A stretch of 64,000 bases of DNA from Fibrobacter sp. UBA4297 (GTDB lineage: Bacteria; Fibrobacterota; Fibrobacteria; Fibrobacterales; Fibrobacteraceae). The translations under genes were made by a program, and so were the position numbers. The stretch is taken from assembly GCF_002394865.1 (NCBI RefSeq), contig NZ_DGUZ01000012.1, positions 94,021-158,020 of the forward strand. Reading direction: 5' to 3'. The notes below the pieces were generated by a model that was given only the letters and a program-made list of their open reading frames with translations, had not been told where the DNA came from and made no database searches. Shown here piece by piece: positions 29,733 to 37,698 of this stretch; positions within the stretch are counted from its first letter, which is position 1, and every line of letters starts with the position of its first letter.

Positions 29733-29764
29733 AACTTAGTTGGTAGAGCTTAGAACTTAGTTGA
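29730..29764 (+). repeat. Heptad stop array beginning with the CDS stop
   Basis: Reads TAGAACT TAGTTGG TAGAGCT TAGAACT TAGTTGA. Confidence 0.85.
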
Positions 29765-29767
29765 AAG

Positions 29768-29799
29768 TAAAAAGACGAGCTATAATGCTCGCCTTTTTC
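29768..29799. terminator. Bidirectional terminator between convergent genes
   Basis: Reads AAAAAGACGAGC-tataat-GCTCGCCTTTTT. Confidence 0.65.
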
Positions 29800-29822
29800 A
29801 AATTTCAATTTTACAGCATTCG

Positions 29823-29865
29823 CCTCTCTCGTCTTTCGTCTACCAGCGAAGCGATCTTTCGTCTA
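29823..29865 (-). repeat. TAGACGAAAG-family module (variant) after pilT
   Basis: The minus strand reads TAGACGAAAGATCGCTTCGCTGGTAGACGAAAGACGAGAGAGG. Confidence 0.65.
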
Positions 29866-29867
29866 AA

Positions 29868-30968
29868 CTACATCCAGCCGCGATCAGATGTACCAGAAAT
29901 ACCACGAATCTTAAGGTCAAAGTCATCGCGGTTCGTCGCTGCATTCATTGCCGTTTCCAGCGAAATCTGCTCGTTCTGGTAAAGTTCGAGGAGCGCCTGA
30001 TCGAACGTCTGGCTATGGTATTGAAGGTGGCCTTCGGCAACAGCTTGTTCCACCATGTCAATCTTGTTCTTATCCTGGATGTATTCCTTGATAGCGCCCG
30101 TATTCACGAGAATTTCGGCAGCCGGGACTCGCCCCTTGCCATCCTTCGTCGGCAAAAGACGGAGCGAAATAATGCCAGCCAAAACTTCGGCAAGCAAAAG
30201 ACGCACTTCATCATGCTGGTGCGGCGGATACATCGAAAGCACACGGTGAATCGTTTCCACAGCATTCGTCGTATGGATAGTCGCAAAGACCATGTGGCCA
30301 GTATCTGCTGCGGTAAGCGCAATCTGCATCGTTTCAAGGTCACGAATTTCGCCCACGAGGAGCACATCCGGATCCTGACGGAGCGCAGCACGGAGTGCAT
30401 TCGCATACGAAAGCGTATCCACGCCGATTTCACGCTGCGAGATAATCGCCACGTTATCACGATAAAGGTATTCAATCGGGTCTTCGACCGTAATGACGTT
30501 CACAGATTCTTTCTGATTGATGTAGTCAATCATCGAAGCAAGCGTTGTGGACTTACCAGAACCCGTCGTACCCGTCACAAGCACAAGACCGCGCTTAGTC
30601 AAAGCCAAGTCACGAATCACTTCGGGCAAGTGCAAATCTTCGAAAGCAGGAATCACAGCCTTGATATGACGAATCACAACCGCAATTGTTCCACGCTGAC
30701 GGAAAACGTTCACACGGAAACGGCCCATATCACGAGCGCCCACGGCAAAGTCGCATTCCTTATTAGCCTCAAAACGCTGCTTCTGGTCGCGATTCATGAT
30801 ATCATCCAAGAAGGAATCCATCATAGCGCTATCGATGCGCACATCAAAAAGTCTTTGCAAAGCACCATTGATACGATAAACCGGCGGAACACCAACTCGC
30901 AGATGCAAGTCAGACGCCTTGCGGTTTACCATTTCACGCAAGAGCTGTTCAATGCGAAGTTCAGCCAT
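29868..30968 (-). CDS. pilT: Type IV pilus retraction ATPase PilT
   Basis: Walker A GTTGSGKST and the GHMVFATIHT block. The start lies 2 nt after the upstream stop. Confidence 0.85.
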   Translation of the reverse strand: MAELRIEQLLREMVNRKASDLHLRVGVPPVYRINGALQRLFDVRIDSAMMDSFLDDIMNRDQKQRFEANKECDFAVGARDMGRFRVNVFRQRGTIAVVIRHIKAVIPAFEDLHLPEVIRDLALTKRGLVLVTGTTGSGKSTTLASMIDYINQKESVNVITVEDPIEYLYRDNVAIISQREIGVDTLSYANALRAALRQDPDVLLVGEIRDLETMQIALTAADTGHMVFATIHTTNAVETIHRVLSMYPPHQHDEVRLLLAEVLAGIISLRLLPTKDGKGRVPAAEILVNTGAIKEYIQDKNKIDMVEQAVAEGHLQYHSQTFDQALLELYQNEQISLETAMNAATNRDDFDLKIRGISGTSDRGWM

Positions 30969-30969
30969 A

Positions 30970-33744
30970 TTAGACTTCTCCAAACTTTTCGCGGCAAAGT
31001 TTCTTTACTTCTTCCAGACGGGATTTGATTTCTTCGTTATCCGGATTTTTCTTGGCCAAATCCGTATAAATGTCAAGAGCCTTGTCGTAAACACCCTGCT
31101 CCATATAAATGTCTGCTAGAGTGCGCGTATTCAGACTATCATCCAAATCGGCAGCACCACGAGAGAGCGGAGCATCCGCATTTTCGACGAGACTTGCAGC
31201 CACTTCGTCATCGGAATCGCCGGACATCAGGTAGTCAACACCGTTGTTGTTCGGTTCATCAGATTCCGGCAAGGAATCGTCTTCGTCAAAGAGGCCCTTA
31301 AAAGCGTTCGAGACTTCAGAATCAATAGAATCGAGTTCTGCAGACGGAGCAACTTCTTCGGCAACCTGTTCAGCAGGTTCTGCGGCAGGCTCTTCTGCGA
31401 CAGGCTCTTCGAGAGTATCAGCCGGAGCAGAGAAGGCGCTTGTCGGTTCTTCGGCGGCAACTTCAGCCGGAACTTCAGCAGCTTCAGTTTTTTCTTCAGG
31501 AAGGTCATCGGCATCAGATCCGAAGATGCTATCAAAAGATTCATCGACACTCTTTTCGACATCTTCCTTGACAACGCTTTCTTCAATTTCTGCGCTCGTC
31601 GCTTCCTGGCTTAAAGGTTCTTCAGCCGATTTTTCTACAACTTCACTTGGCGCGCTATCAGACTTTTCTTCTGGCAGGGCAAGGTCATCATCGTCTCCGA
31701 ACATGGAGGCAAATGCTCCGCCCATTTCCTTTGCGACATCTTCGTCTGGAGCGGATTCCTTCGGCTGTTCTGCAGGAGCTTCATCATCACCAAAGAGAGC
31801 GTCAAAGGCGCCATCGACTTCTTCTGCAACGGGTTCTTCAGCAACAGGTTCTTCGGAAACAACCGATTCTTCTGCAACAGTTTTTTCAGCGACAGATTCT
31901 TCTGTCGGAGCAGTTTCATCCAAATTCAGAACAAAGTCATCATCGGACTTCGGCAAGTCTTCTTCGTCAGAAAAGTCCATGTGAGTTGTCGGGACAAAGC
32001 CTTCTACCGGTGCAATCTTTTCTTCCGATTCCGTCGGATTAAATTCCGGAGACTTTTCAATAGCGCTTTCTACATTGTCCGAAATTTCAGCATTTTCTTC
32101 GACGTCGGTCAAGGCGCTTGTCAAAGATTCTGCAGGCTCTTCTACAGCCGGAGCATCGGACGAAGCATCGTCATTCATGCTAAAGTCGGCATCAGCGGAC
32201 TTTTCAAACAAGCTGCCAAATGAATCTTCCACAGATTCTTCAAGAGACTTTTCAGAAGGTTCCGCAAGGGTTTCGGCTTCTGTATTTTCTTCTATTTCAG
32301 CCGGTTTTTCTTCTGTTCCAGCAGTTGCACTTGTTGCAAATTGCGCAGGTTCTTCTACAGCCGGAGCATCGGACGAAGCATCGTCATTCATGCTAAAGTC
32401 GGCATCAGCGGACTTTTCGAACAAGCTGCCAAAAGAATCTTCTACAGATTCTTCAAGAGGCTTTTCTTCAACAGATTCGGCAGGAGCTTCGTTTTCTACA
32501 GGCTTTTCTTCAGGGAGTTCATCATCGCCAAGCAAAGAAGAGAAAGCATCATCAACAGTCGTCGCCTGAGCTTCAGACTTTGATTCTTCAGCAGCCGGAG
32601 TTTCATCCAAATTAAGCACATCCGGTTCACCCGCATCTTCCTCATCCGAGAAATCCATGTGCGTTGTCGGAACAAGACCTTCAGAATGTAAACCAACAAG
32701 GTTATCCTGTTCCGTCGGTTCTTCATCAGGGGCACCGAGATTTTCCTCGGCGACTTCAGCAGCAGGTTCTGCCGATGAAGTTTCTTCCGGAAGTTCATCA
32801 TCGCCCAAAAGCGAAGAGAACGCGTCATCGACATTCGTCGCCTTTTCATCCGCTTCTAGCGGTTCGTCCAGACTGTCGAGGCTAAATTCAGTATCATCGG
32901 ACTTTTCTTCCACGACATCTTCAGACTTCGGTTCGTCGATTGTTTCGGCCTTTTCGCTTTCATCAGAGAAATGCGAGAAGAGCGAAGATGTTGCAAGTTC
33001 TTCTGCAGCCGGCGCCTTGTCCGCGTCAGAATCGGCCACATCAAGATCATCATCGCCGCCCAAGATTCCAGAAATAGCAGAAGAAACTTCAGACGAGTTC
33101 AGCACATGGCCGTCAAAGTCCGAAATTTCCGATTTCTGGGAATCCTCGACATTACCATCCGACACAGAATCCAGAGAATTGCGCAAGGCTTCCATCGAGG
33201 AATTGTCCTCTTCATCCGTATTCGGGAGCGATGCCGCCAAATTCGCAAAGATATTATCTTCTTCTGTCGCATCGCCATTTTCGGCATCCATATCCATCGT
33301 GAACGAACTATCGTCCATCGGCGGTGCGGCAAGCATCTGGTCTTCTTCGGGGAGAACATCGTACTCGTCCTTCCAGAACGGATCCAGCGGGTCCATATCA
33401 TGAACGCGGCGGAAACAGGCATTGCGCTCCGCTTCCTTGCCAAGCTTATCGTAGGATTCTCCCATCCGCTTATGGGCAGAAAGGCAGAACGGGTCCTTGG
33501 CGAGCACCTTCTTGTATTCCATAATACTTCCGGCGAAATCCTGCTGCCCCGCCAAAATTTTTGCACGGACCAACATTGCAGGAACATCGGAGGGAGATGC
33601 AGCTAGAGCGGCATCCACCGTCTTGAGAGCGGCTTCATAATCCCCCGAAGCACGCTCCATATCGGCAAGCCAGGCCAAAGCCTGAGAACGCCCCTTACTT
33701 TTTTTTACAGCCTTTCTGAGAGAATCCAACGTTACAGCCATCAT
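30970..33744 (-). CDS. TPR-capped, extremely acidic repeat protein (FimV-like organisation)
   Basis: TPR-like N- and C-termini. The central region of about 700 aa is D/E-rich and carries about 9 copies of an (A/S)Fxx(L/M/I)(F/L)G.DD..LPEE motif. Confidence 0.6.
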   Translation of the reverse strand: MMAVTLDSLRKAVKKSKGRSQALAWLADMERASGDYEAALKTVDAALAASPSDVPAMLVRAKILAGQQDFAGSIMEYKKVLAKDPFCLSAHKRMGESYDKLGKEAERNACFRRVHDMDPLDPFWKDEYDVLPEEDQMLAAPPMDDSSFTMDMDAENGDATEEDNIFANLAASLPNTDEEDNSSMEALRNSLDSVSDGNVEDSQKSEISDFDGHVLNSSEVSSAISGILGGDDDLDVADSDADKAPAAEELATSSLFSHFSDESEKAETIDEPKSEDVVEEKSDDTEFSLDSLDEPLEADEKATNVDDAFSSLLGDDELPEETSSAEPAAEVAEENLGAPDEEPTEQDNLVGLHSEGLVPTTHMDFSDEEDAGEPDVLNLDETPAAEESKSEAQATTVDDAFSSLLGDDELPEEKPVENEAPAESVEEKPLEESVEDSFGSLFEKSADADFSMNDDASSDAPAVEEPAQFATSATAGTEEKPAEIEENTEAETLAEPSEKSLEESVEDSFGSLFEKSADADFSMNDDASSDAPAVEEPAESLTSALTDVEENAEISDNVESAIEKSPEFNPTESEEKIAPVEGFVPTTHMDFSDEEDLPKSDDDFVLNLDETAPTEESVAEKTVAEESVVSEEPVAEEPVAEEVDGAFDALFGDDEAPAEQPKESAPDEDVAKEMGGAFASMFGDDDDLALPEEKSDSAPSEVVEKSAEEPLSQEATSAEIEESVVKEDVEKSVDESFDSIFGSDADDLPEEKTEAAEVPAEVAAEEPTSAFSAPADTLEEPVAEEPAAEPAEQVAEEVAPSAELDSIDSEVSNAFKGLFDEDDSLPESDEPNNNGVDYLMSGDSDDEVAASLVENADAPLSRGAADLDDSLNTRTLADIYMEQGVYDKALDIYTDLAKKNPDNEEIKSRLEEVKKLCREKFGEV
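32133..32459 (-). repeat. Two 114-nt near-identical copies (32133-32246, 32346-32459) inside the acidic protein gene
   Basis: 4 mismatches in 114 nt. Each copy encodes LEESVEDSFGSLFEKSADADFSMNDDASSDAPAVEEPA. Confidence 0.85.
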
Positions 33745-33998
33745 TTCTCCAATGGAAGAAGAATAGCTTCATCCGCTAAAAGTACAGGAATGCCTTCGCG
33801 AACCAGATAGACACGAGAACCATCAGGTGTCGTGAGCGCTTCGGTCAAAGGTTCAGTAATAGCTTCGCCAGCAACATTCTTGAGCGAACCCGCATTAATC
33901 GCATTGTTCAAAAGCGCAATGCAATCCTCGCCTGCCTGGGCGAGCGGTTGACGGGTTTCCGGACAGCAAAGAATACTTAACAATTTAGAATCGAGCAT
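33741..33998 (-). CDS. Trm112/YcaR-family small protein
   Basis: LLSILCCPETRQPL zinc-ribbon-like motif and 85 aa. Confidence 0.6.
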   Translation of the reverse strand: MLDSKLLSILCCPETRQPLAQAGEDCIALLNNAINAGSLKNVAGEAITEPLTEALTTPDGSRVYLVREGIPVLLADEAILLPLEK

Positions 33999-34012
33999 AA
34001 TACCTTTTAAAT

Positions 34013-34038
34013 GTGTTATTTCATCAAAAAAATAACAC
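34013..34038 (-). terminator. Hairpin after the GT2-membrane fusion gene
   Basis: 9-bp stem GTGTTATTT/AAATAACAC. Confidence 0.4.
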
Positions 34039-34061
34039 AATTTTTACAAAAAAGAACGATT

Positions 34062-35708
34062 TTAACGAAGATATTTAAGGTCTACGAGGGCAAAATTGCC
34101 ATTTTTCCCGTTTCCGATGAGCAAATAGACCCTGAGGCCAAGGCTATCCAGCCAGTTAATGTTGAAATCCTCACGATAGCCCGAGAAATTGGACACCACC
34201 AACAGTTCACGGCAGCCGGTGCGGTTGCAGATGTTTTCCATCTGAGAAAGGGGCCCGAGCAGGTGCTTGCGGTTCTCTTCGGAGAGCTTTTCGGGTTCGC
34301 CGCTCACGCAGCCAAGGATCTCGATGCCGGGAATCACGTTGTAGCTATCGAACCAGTTGTTCAGGGAATCTTCGCGACCGCCGAGCAGAATGGAGCGGTG
34401 GCGTTTTTTTGCAAAAATACGGTAGAAATAGTTTATCCAGAACGCAACGCGGCGCCAAGCAAGGAGAACCAGCGGGATAAAGAGACTGGAACAGACAGCA
34501 TAGACGCACCACCCAATACTGGGATAGATTGTAGACTTGTCTCCCGGGACATAAGAAAATTGGGCAAAGTAACGGAATACCTCATACCCACCAACAGCAA
34601 GAAGGTTCAGTGGCACAAGGTACTGCAAGAACTTTTCGCCCTTGAGGCTGGATTCCGTGTATTCCCCACGGAAAATAAGAAAGACCATATTAACAATGGC
34701 GACCAAGCCAACAAGCCACCAGTCATCAAAAGTCGTTATCACCCCGATGGATTCCTTAATGGATGTAAAAATGCATCCGTCATTTCCCAAACCGGGCAAA
34801 AATACAAGTGCCCACAGCGCCACAACGCCCAAATCGAGGAACATCTTCCAGAACTTTGGAATCAGGCGCGAGAACATGCCCACGAATGCAGCAAATAAAA
34901 TACCGAAAGACACGAGGAAATTTGGGACAAAATAAAGATCCTTGTGCTTTTTCACGAAGATAAGCATAGCCTTGTAGAAGTCCACGTAGGAACCCCAACG
35001 GCGCGTGCGGCAGCTTTGCCCCTTAAAATGCAGAATGTTCGTGACCGGCGTGTAATAGTTCTTGAGGCCCATCTGCTTTGTACGGAAGCAGAGGTCCAGG
35101 TCTTCGCCGTACATGAAGTAGTCTTCGTCAAAGCCGTTCAGCTTTTCATAGACATCTCGACGGATGCAGAAGAACGAGCCGCTAATGGCATCGACTTCAA
35201 TCATCTCGTCCGGGTCGGCGTACGTCATGTTGTAGCTGGCAAGCGTTTTGCTCTTCGGGAACATCGCCGCAAGACCAATCGTCTTTGAGACGGCAGACAC
35301 AATCGTCGGGAACGAACGGCGGCAAGCCCACTGTAGCGTTCCGTCTTCGTTCAAGATGCGGCAGCCGACCGTACCCGCTTCCGGGTGTTCTTCCATGAAC
35401 TTGAGCATTTCGCAGAAGGCGTTCTTCGAGATAATCGTATCAGGATTGATGAAGAACAGGTACGGCTTGGTCGCATGCTTTTCAGCCAAGTTGCAGCCCT
35501 TACCAAAACCCAAGTTTTCATTGGAGTCAATCCATTCCACTTCGGGGAAGAAGTTCTTGATTTCGGGAATAATCGGCTCGTTGGAACCGTTATCCAGAAC
35601 AATAATCTGCGAATCGATACCCTCGCAGGCGTCGCGCACAGACTTGAGGCATGCCGGAATGAAGTCGCAAGAGTTATAAGCAATGATAATGACAGAACAG
35701 GAAAGCAT
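34062..35708 (-). CDS. GT2 glycosyltransferase fused to a multi-TM domain and a C-terminal Rossmann-like module
   Basis: N-terminus SVIIIAYNS...VLDNGSNE (GT-A DxD context), at least 6 hydrophobic helices and 548 aa. Confidence 0.6.
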   Translation of the reverse strand: MLSCSVIIIAYNSCDFIPACLKSVRDACEGIDSQIIVLDNGSNEPIIPEIKNFFPEVEWIDSNENLGFGKGCNLAEKHATKPYLFFINPDTIISKNAFCEMLKFMEEHPEAGTVGCRILNEDGTLQWACRRSFPTIVSAVSKTIGLAAMFPKSKTLASYNMTYADPDEMIEVDAISGSFFCIRRDVYEKLNGFDEDYFMYGEDLDLCFRTKQMGLKNYYTPVTNILHFKGQSCRTRRWGSYVDFYKAMLIFVKKHKDLYFVPNFLVSFGILFAAFVGMFSRLIPKFWKMFLDLGVVALWALVFLPGLGNDGCIFTSIKESIGVITTFDDWWLVGLVAIVNMVFLIFRGEYTESSLKGEKFLQYLVPLNLLAVGGYEVFRYFAQFSYVPGDKSTIYPSIGWCVYAVCSSLFIPLVLLAWRRVAFWINYFYRIFAKKRHRSILLGGREDSLNNWFDSYNVIPGIEILGCVSGEPEKLSEENRKHLLGPLSQMENICNRTGCRELLVVSNFSGYREDFNINWLDSLGLRVYLLIGNGKNGNFALVDLKYLR

Positions 35709-35710
35709 AT

Positions 35711-35756
35711 TAGACGAAAGAACGGCGCTTTGCGCCTACAGACGAAAGACGAGAGG
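35711..35756 (+). repeat. TAGACGAAAG hairpin module (copy 2, opposite orientation)
   Basis: Reads TAGACGAAAGAACGGCGCTTTGCGCCTACAGACGAAAGACGAGAGG. The flanks are identical to copy 1 and the stem is changed compensatorily. Confidence 0.8.
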
Positions 35757-35825
35757 AAAAAATACAATGGGGCTGTTCACAGACACATTGTTGAGCCAAG
35801 AATTTTTGACTCATAAAACTTATAT

Positions 35826-35833
35826 CAAATCTA
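35826..35833 (-). promoter_or_regulatory. -7-type box TAGATTTG
   Basis: Exact TAnnTTTG about 118 nt upstream of ATG 35708. Confidence 0.3.
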
Positions 35834-35902
35834 TAAACCATACAAATAACCTTCATATTTTGTGCGAAGCACCATTATAAAACCGTTGCACAAGTGCCAA
35901 AT

Positions 35903-35960
35903 GCTAGGCTCAGAAATAGGCTTGCAAGCAATCCTGCATCATTCGCCTTACGCATTTGTC
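35903..35960 (-). repeat. 58-nt conserved element (copy 2)
   Basis: See 21241-21298. Confidence 0.8.
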
Positions 35961-36000
35961 GTCTCTCGTCTAAAGGACCGTAGGTCCGTTCTTTCGTCTA
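35959..36000 (-). repeat. TAGACGAAAG hairpin module (copy 3)
   Basis: The minus strand reads TAGACGAAAGAACGGACCTACGGTCCTTTAGACGAGAGACGA. Its first TAG is the stop codon of the 35998-36711 CDS. Confidence 0.8.
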
Positions 36001-36711
36001 AGCCAGGCCCAGTCGCAGTTTCAGCACGAGGAAGAAAGCTTCGGAGATGATTCCGCCGCTCATCTTGGAGGTGCCACGGGTGCGGTCCGTAAAGATGATG
36101 GGGATTTCCTTGACTCGGAGGCCCTTCTTCCAAATCTTGAAGGTCGTCTCGATCTGGAAGCAGTAACCGTCACTCTTCATCTTGTCGAGGTTCAACGCCT
36201 GCAATGCTTCACGGCGGAAGCACTTGAAGCCGCCAGTCGCATCGCTAATCGGAAGGCCCGTCACAAGTCGCGTATAGACATTTGCGCCATAGCTGAGGAT
36301 TAAGCGGCGGAGGTCCCAGTTCACAACGCTAATGCGGTGGTCCTGGTAGCGGCTGCCAAGCACGAGGTCGGCATCTTCGGCAGTTTCCAAAAAGCGGTTC
36401 AAGTCCGTCGGAGAATGGCTAAAGTCAGCATCCATTTCAAACACGCGTTCGTAATCGCGTTCAAGCGCCCACTTGAAGCCCATCACGTAAGCTGAGCCAA
36501 GGCCCATCTTGCCTTTACGGCGAATCAAGTGGATTCGAGGATTCTTGTCGGCCTCGGCCTGAACGAGGTCACCCGTTCCATCCGGGGAGCCATCGTCCAC
36601 GACCAAAATTTCTAGACACTTATTCTGTTCCAAAATTGCCGACATGATGAGGAGGATATTCTCCTTCTCATTGTAGGTAGGAACAATCACCAAACTCTTA
36701 GGGAACTCCAT
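35998..36711 (-). CDS. Polyprenol-phosphate mannose/glucose synthase-like GT2 (Dpm1-like)
   Basis: Motifs VIVPTYNEKENI and VVDDGSPDGT, with 237 aa. Confidence 0.7.
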   Translation of the reverse strand: MEFPKSLVIVPTYNEKENILLIMSAILEQNKCLEILVVDDGSPDGTGDLVQAEADKNPRIHLIRRKGKMGLGSAYVMGFKWALERDYERVFEMDADFSHSPTDLNRFLETAEDADLVLGSRYQDHRISVVNWDLRRLILSYGANVYTRLVTGLPISDATGGFKCFRREALQALNLDKMKSDGYCFQIETTFKIWKKGLRVKEIPIIFTDRTRGTSKMSGGIISEAFFLVLKLRLGLA

Positions 36712-36729
36712 TAAATACCTCTCTAAACA

Positions 36730-36737
36730 CAAATCTA
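36730..36737 (-). promoter_or_regulatory. -7-type box TAGATTTG
   Basis: Exact TAnnTTTG 18 nt before ATG 36711, with a GAGAGG SD in between. Confidence 0.4.
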
Positions 36738-36744
36738 TACAAAA

Positions 36745-37683
36745 TTACAGTTGGCCAATGACATCGGAAACCGGATACGTGCGTTTTTTATTGCCGTTCA
36801 TCATCTCGCCAAGAAGCCCAAGCGAGAAGAACTGGACACTCATGACAAGCGAGAATGCGCCAGCCAGCAAAAGCGGACGCACATGCATGGCCCCCGTCTG
36901 GATCCATTCATAGCCAAAATAACCGCAAGTGCCAAGACCGAAAAGCATCAATATAAGCCCGATCAGCCCAAAGAAATGGAGCGGTTTCGAAGAGAAGCTG
37001 CGCATGAACATGAGGGAAACCAGGTCAAGGAACCCGCTCACCAAGCGCGAAACGCCGTACTTCGAGACGCCATGCACGCGAGCGCGGTGTGCGACGGGCA
37101 TTTCAGTAATGCGGAAGCCCTGCCACTTGGCCATTACCGGGATAAAGCGGTGGTAGTCGCCATAAAGCTGGATGTAGCGAACCACGGAACTGCGGTATGC
37201 CTTGATGCCGCAGTTGAAATCGTGAAGGCGCTTGCCACAGACCATCGACACGGTCAAGTTGAAAAGCTTGGAAGGCATCGTCTTGTGCCACGGATCGAGG
37301 CGGCGGATTTTCCAGCCAGAGACGAGGTCATAGCCGGATTCAAGAATCTTGATCATCTTCGGGATTTCGAGCGGGTCATCCTGCAGGTCGCCATCGAGCG
37401 TGGCGACGTACTTGCCGCAAGCCTTGGAGAAACCAAGAGCGAGCGCCGCCGCCTTGCCGCAGTTAAACTGGAAACGGAATGCGCTTACCGAGGAACCCGG
37501 CTTGGCATTGTATTCCTTAGCCAAGCCCTCCACCACTTCCCAGGTATTGTCGCGGCTACCGTCATCGATAACGATAACCTCGAATTCCATACCAGTCGGT
37601 TGAATGGCAGCCCAAATTTCCTTAAACAACTGGGGAAGATTTTCACTTTCTTCCTTAACAGGGATAACCAAGCTCAAATCCAT
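36745..37683 (-). CDS. GT2 polyprenyl-phosphate sugar transferase with two C-terminal TM helices (ArnC/GtrB-like)
   Basis: Motifs LVIPVKEESENL and VIVIDDGSRDNT, with C-terminal hydrophobic helices. Confidence 0.7.
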   Translation of the reverse strand: MDLSLVIPVKEESENLPQLFKEIWAAIQPTGMEFEVIVIDDGSRDNTWEVVEGLAKEYNAKPGSSVSAFRFQFNCGKAAALALGFSKACGKYVATLDGDLQDDPLEIPKMIKILESGYDLVSGWKIRRLDPWHKTMPSKLFNLTVSMVCGKRLHDFNCGIKAYRSSVVRYIQLYGDYHRFIPVMAKWQGFRITEMPVAHRARVHGVSKYGVSRLVSGFLDLVSLMFMRSFSSKPLHFFGLIGLILMLFGLGTCGYFGYEWIQTGAMHVRPLLLAGAFSLVMSVQFFSLGLLGEMMNGNKKRTYPVSDVIGQL

Positions 37684-37698
37684 GACAATACCTCGAAA

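Noticed and set aside
31244-33403. Several Ser-rich plus-strand ORFs (246, 164 and 248 aa) opposite the acidic TPR protein
   Set aside because: The complement of GAx/GAA-rich codons gives Ser/Phe-rich open frames. These are low-complexity artefacts.
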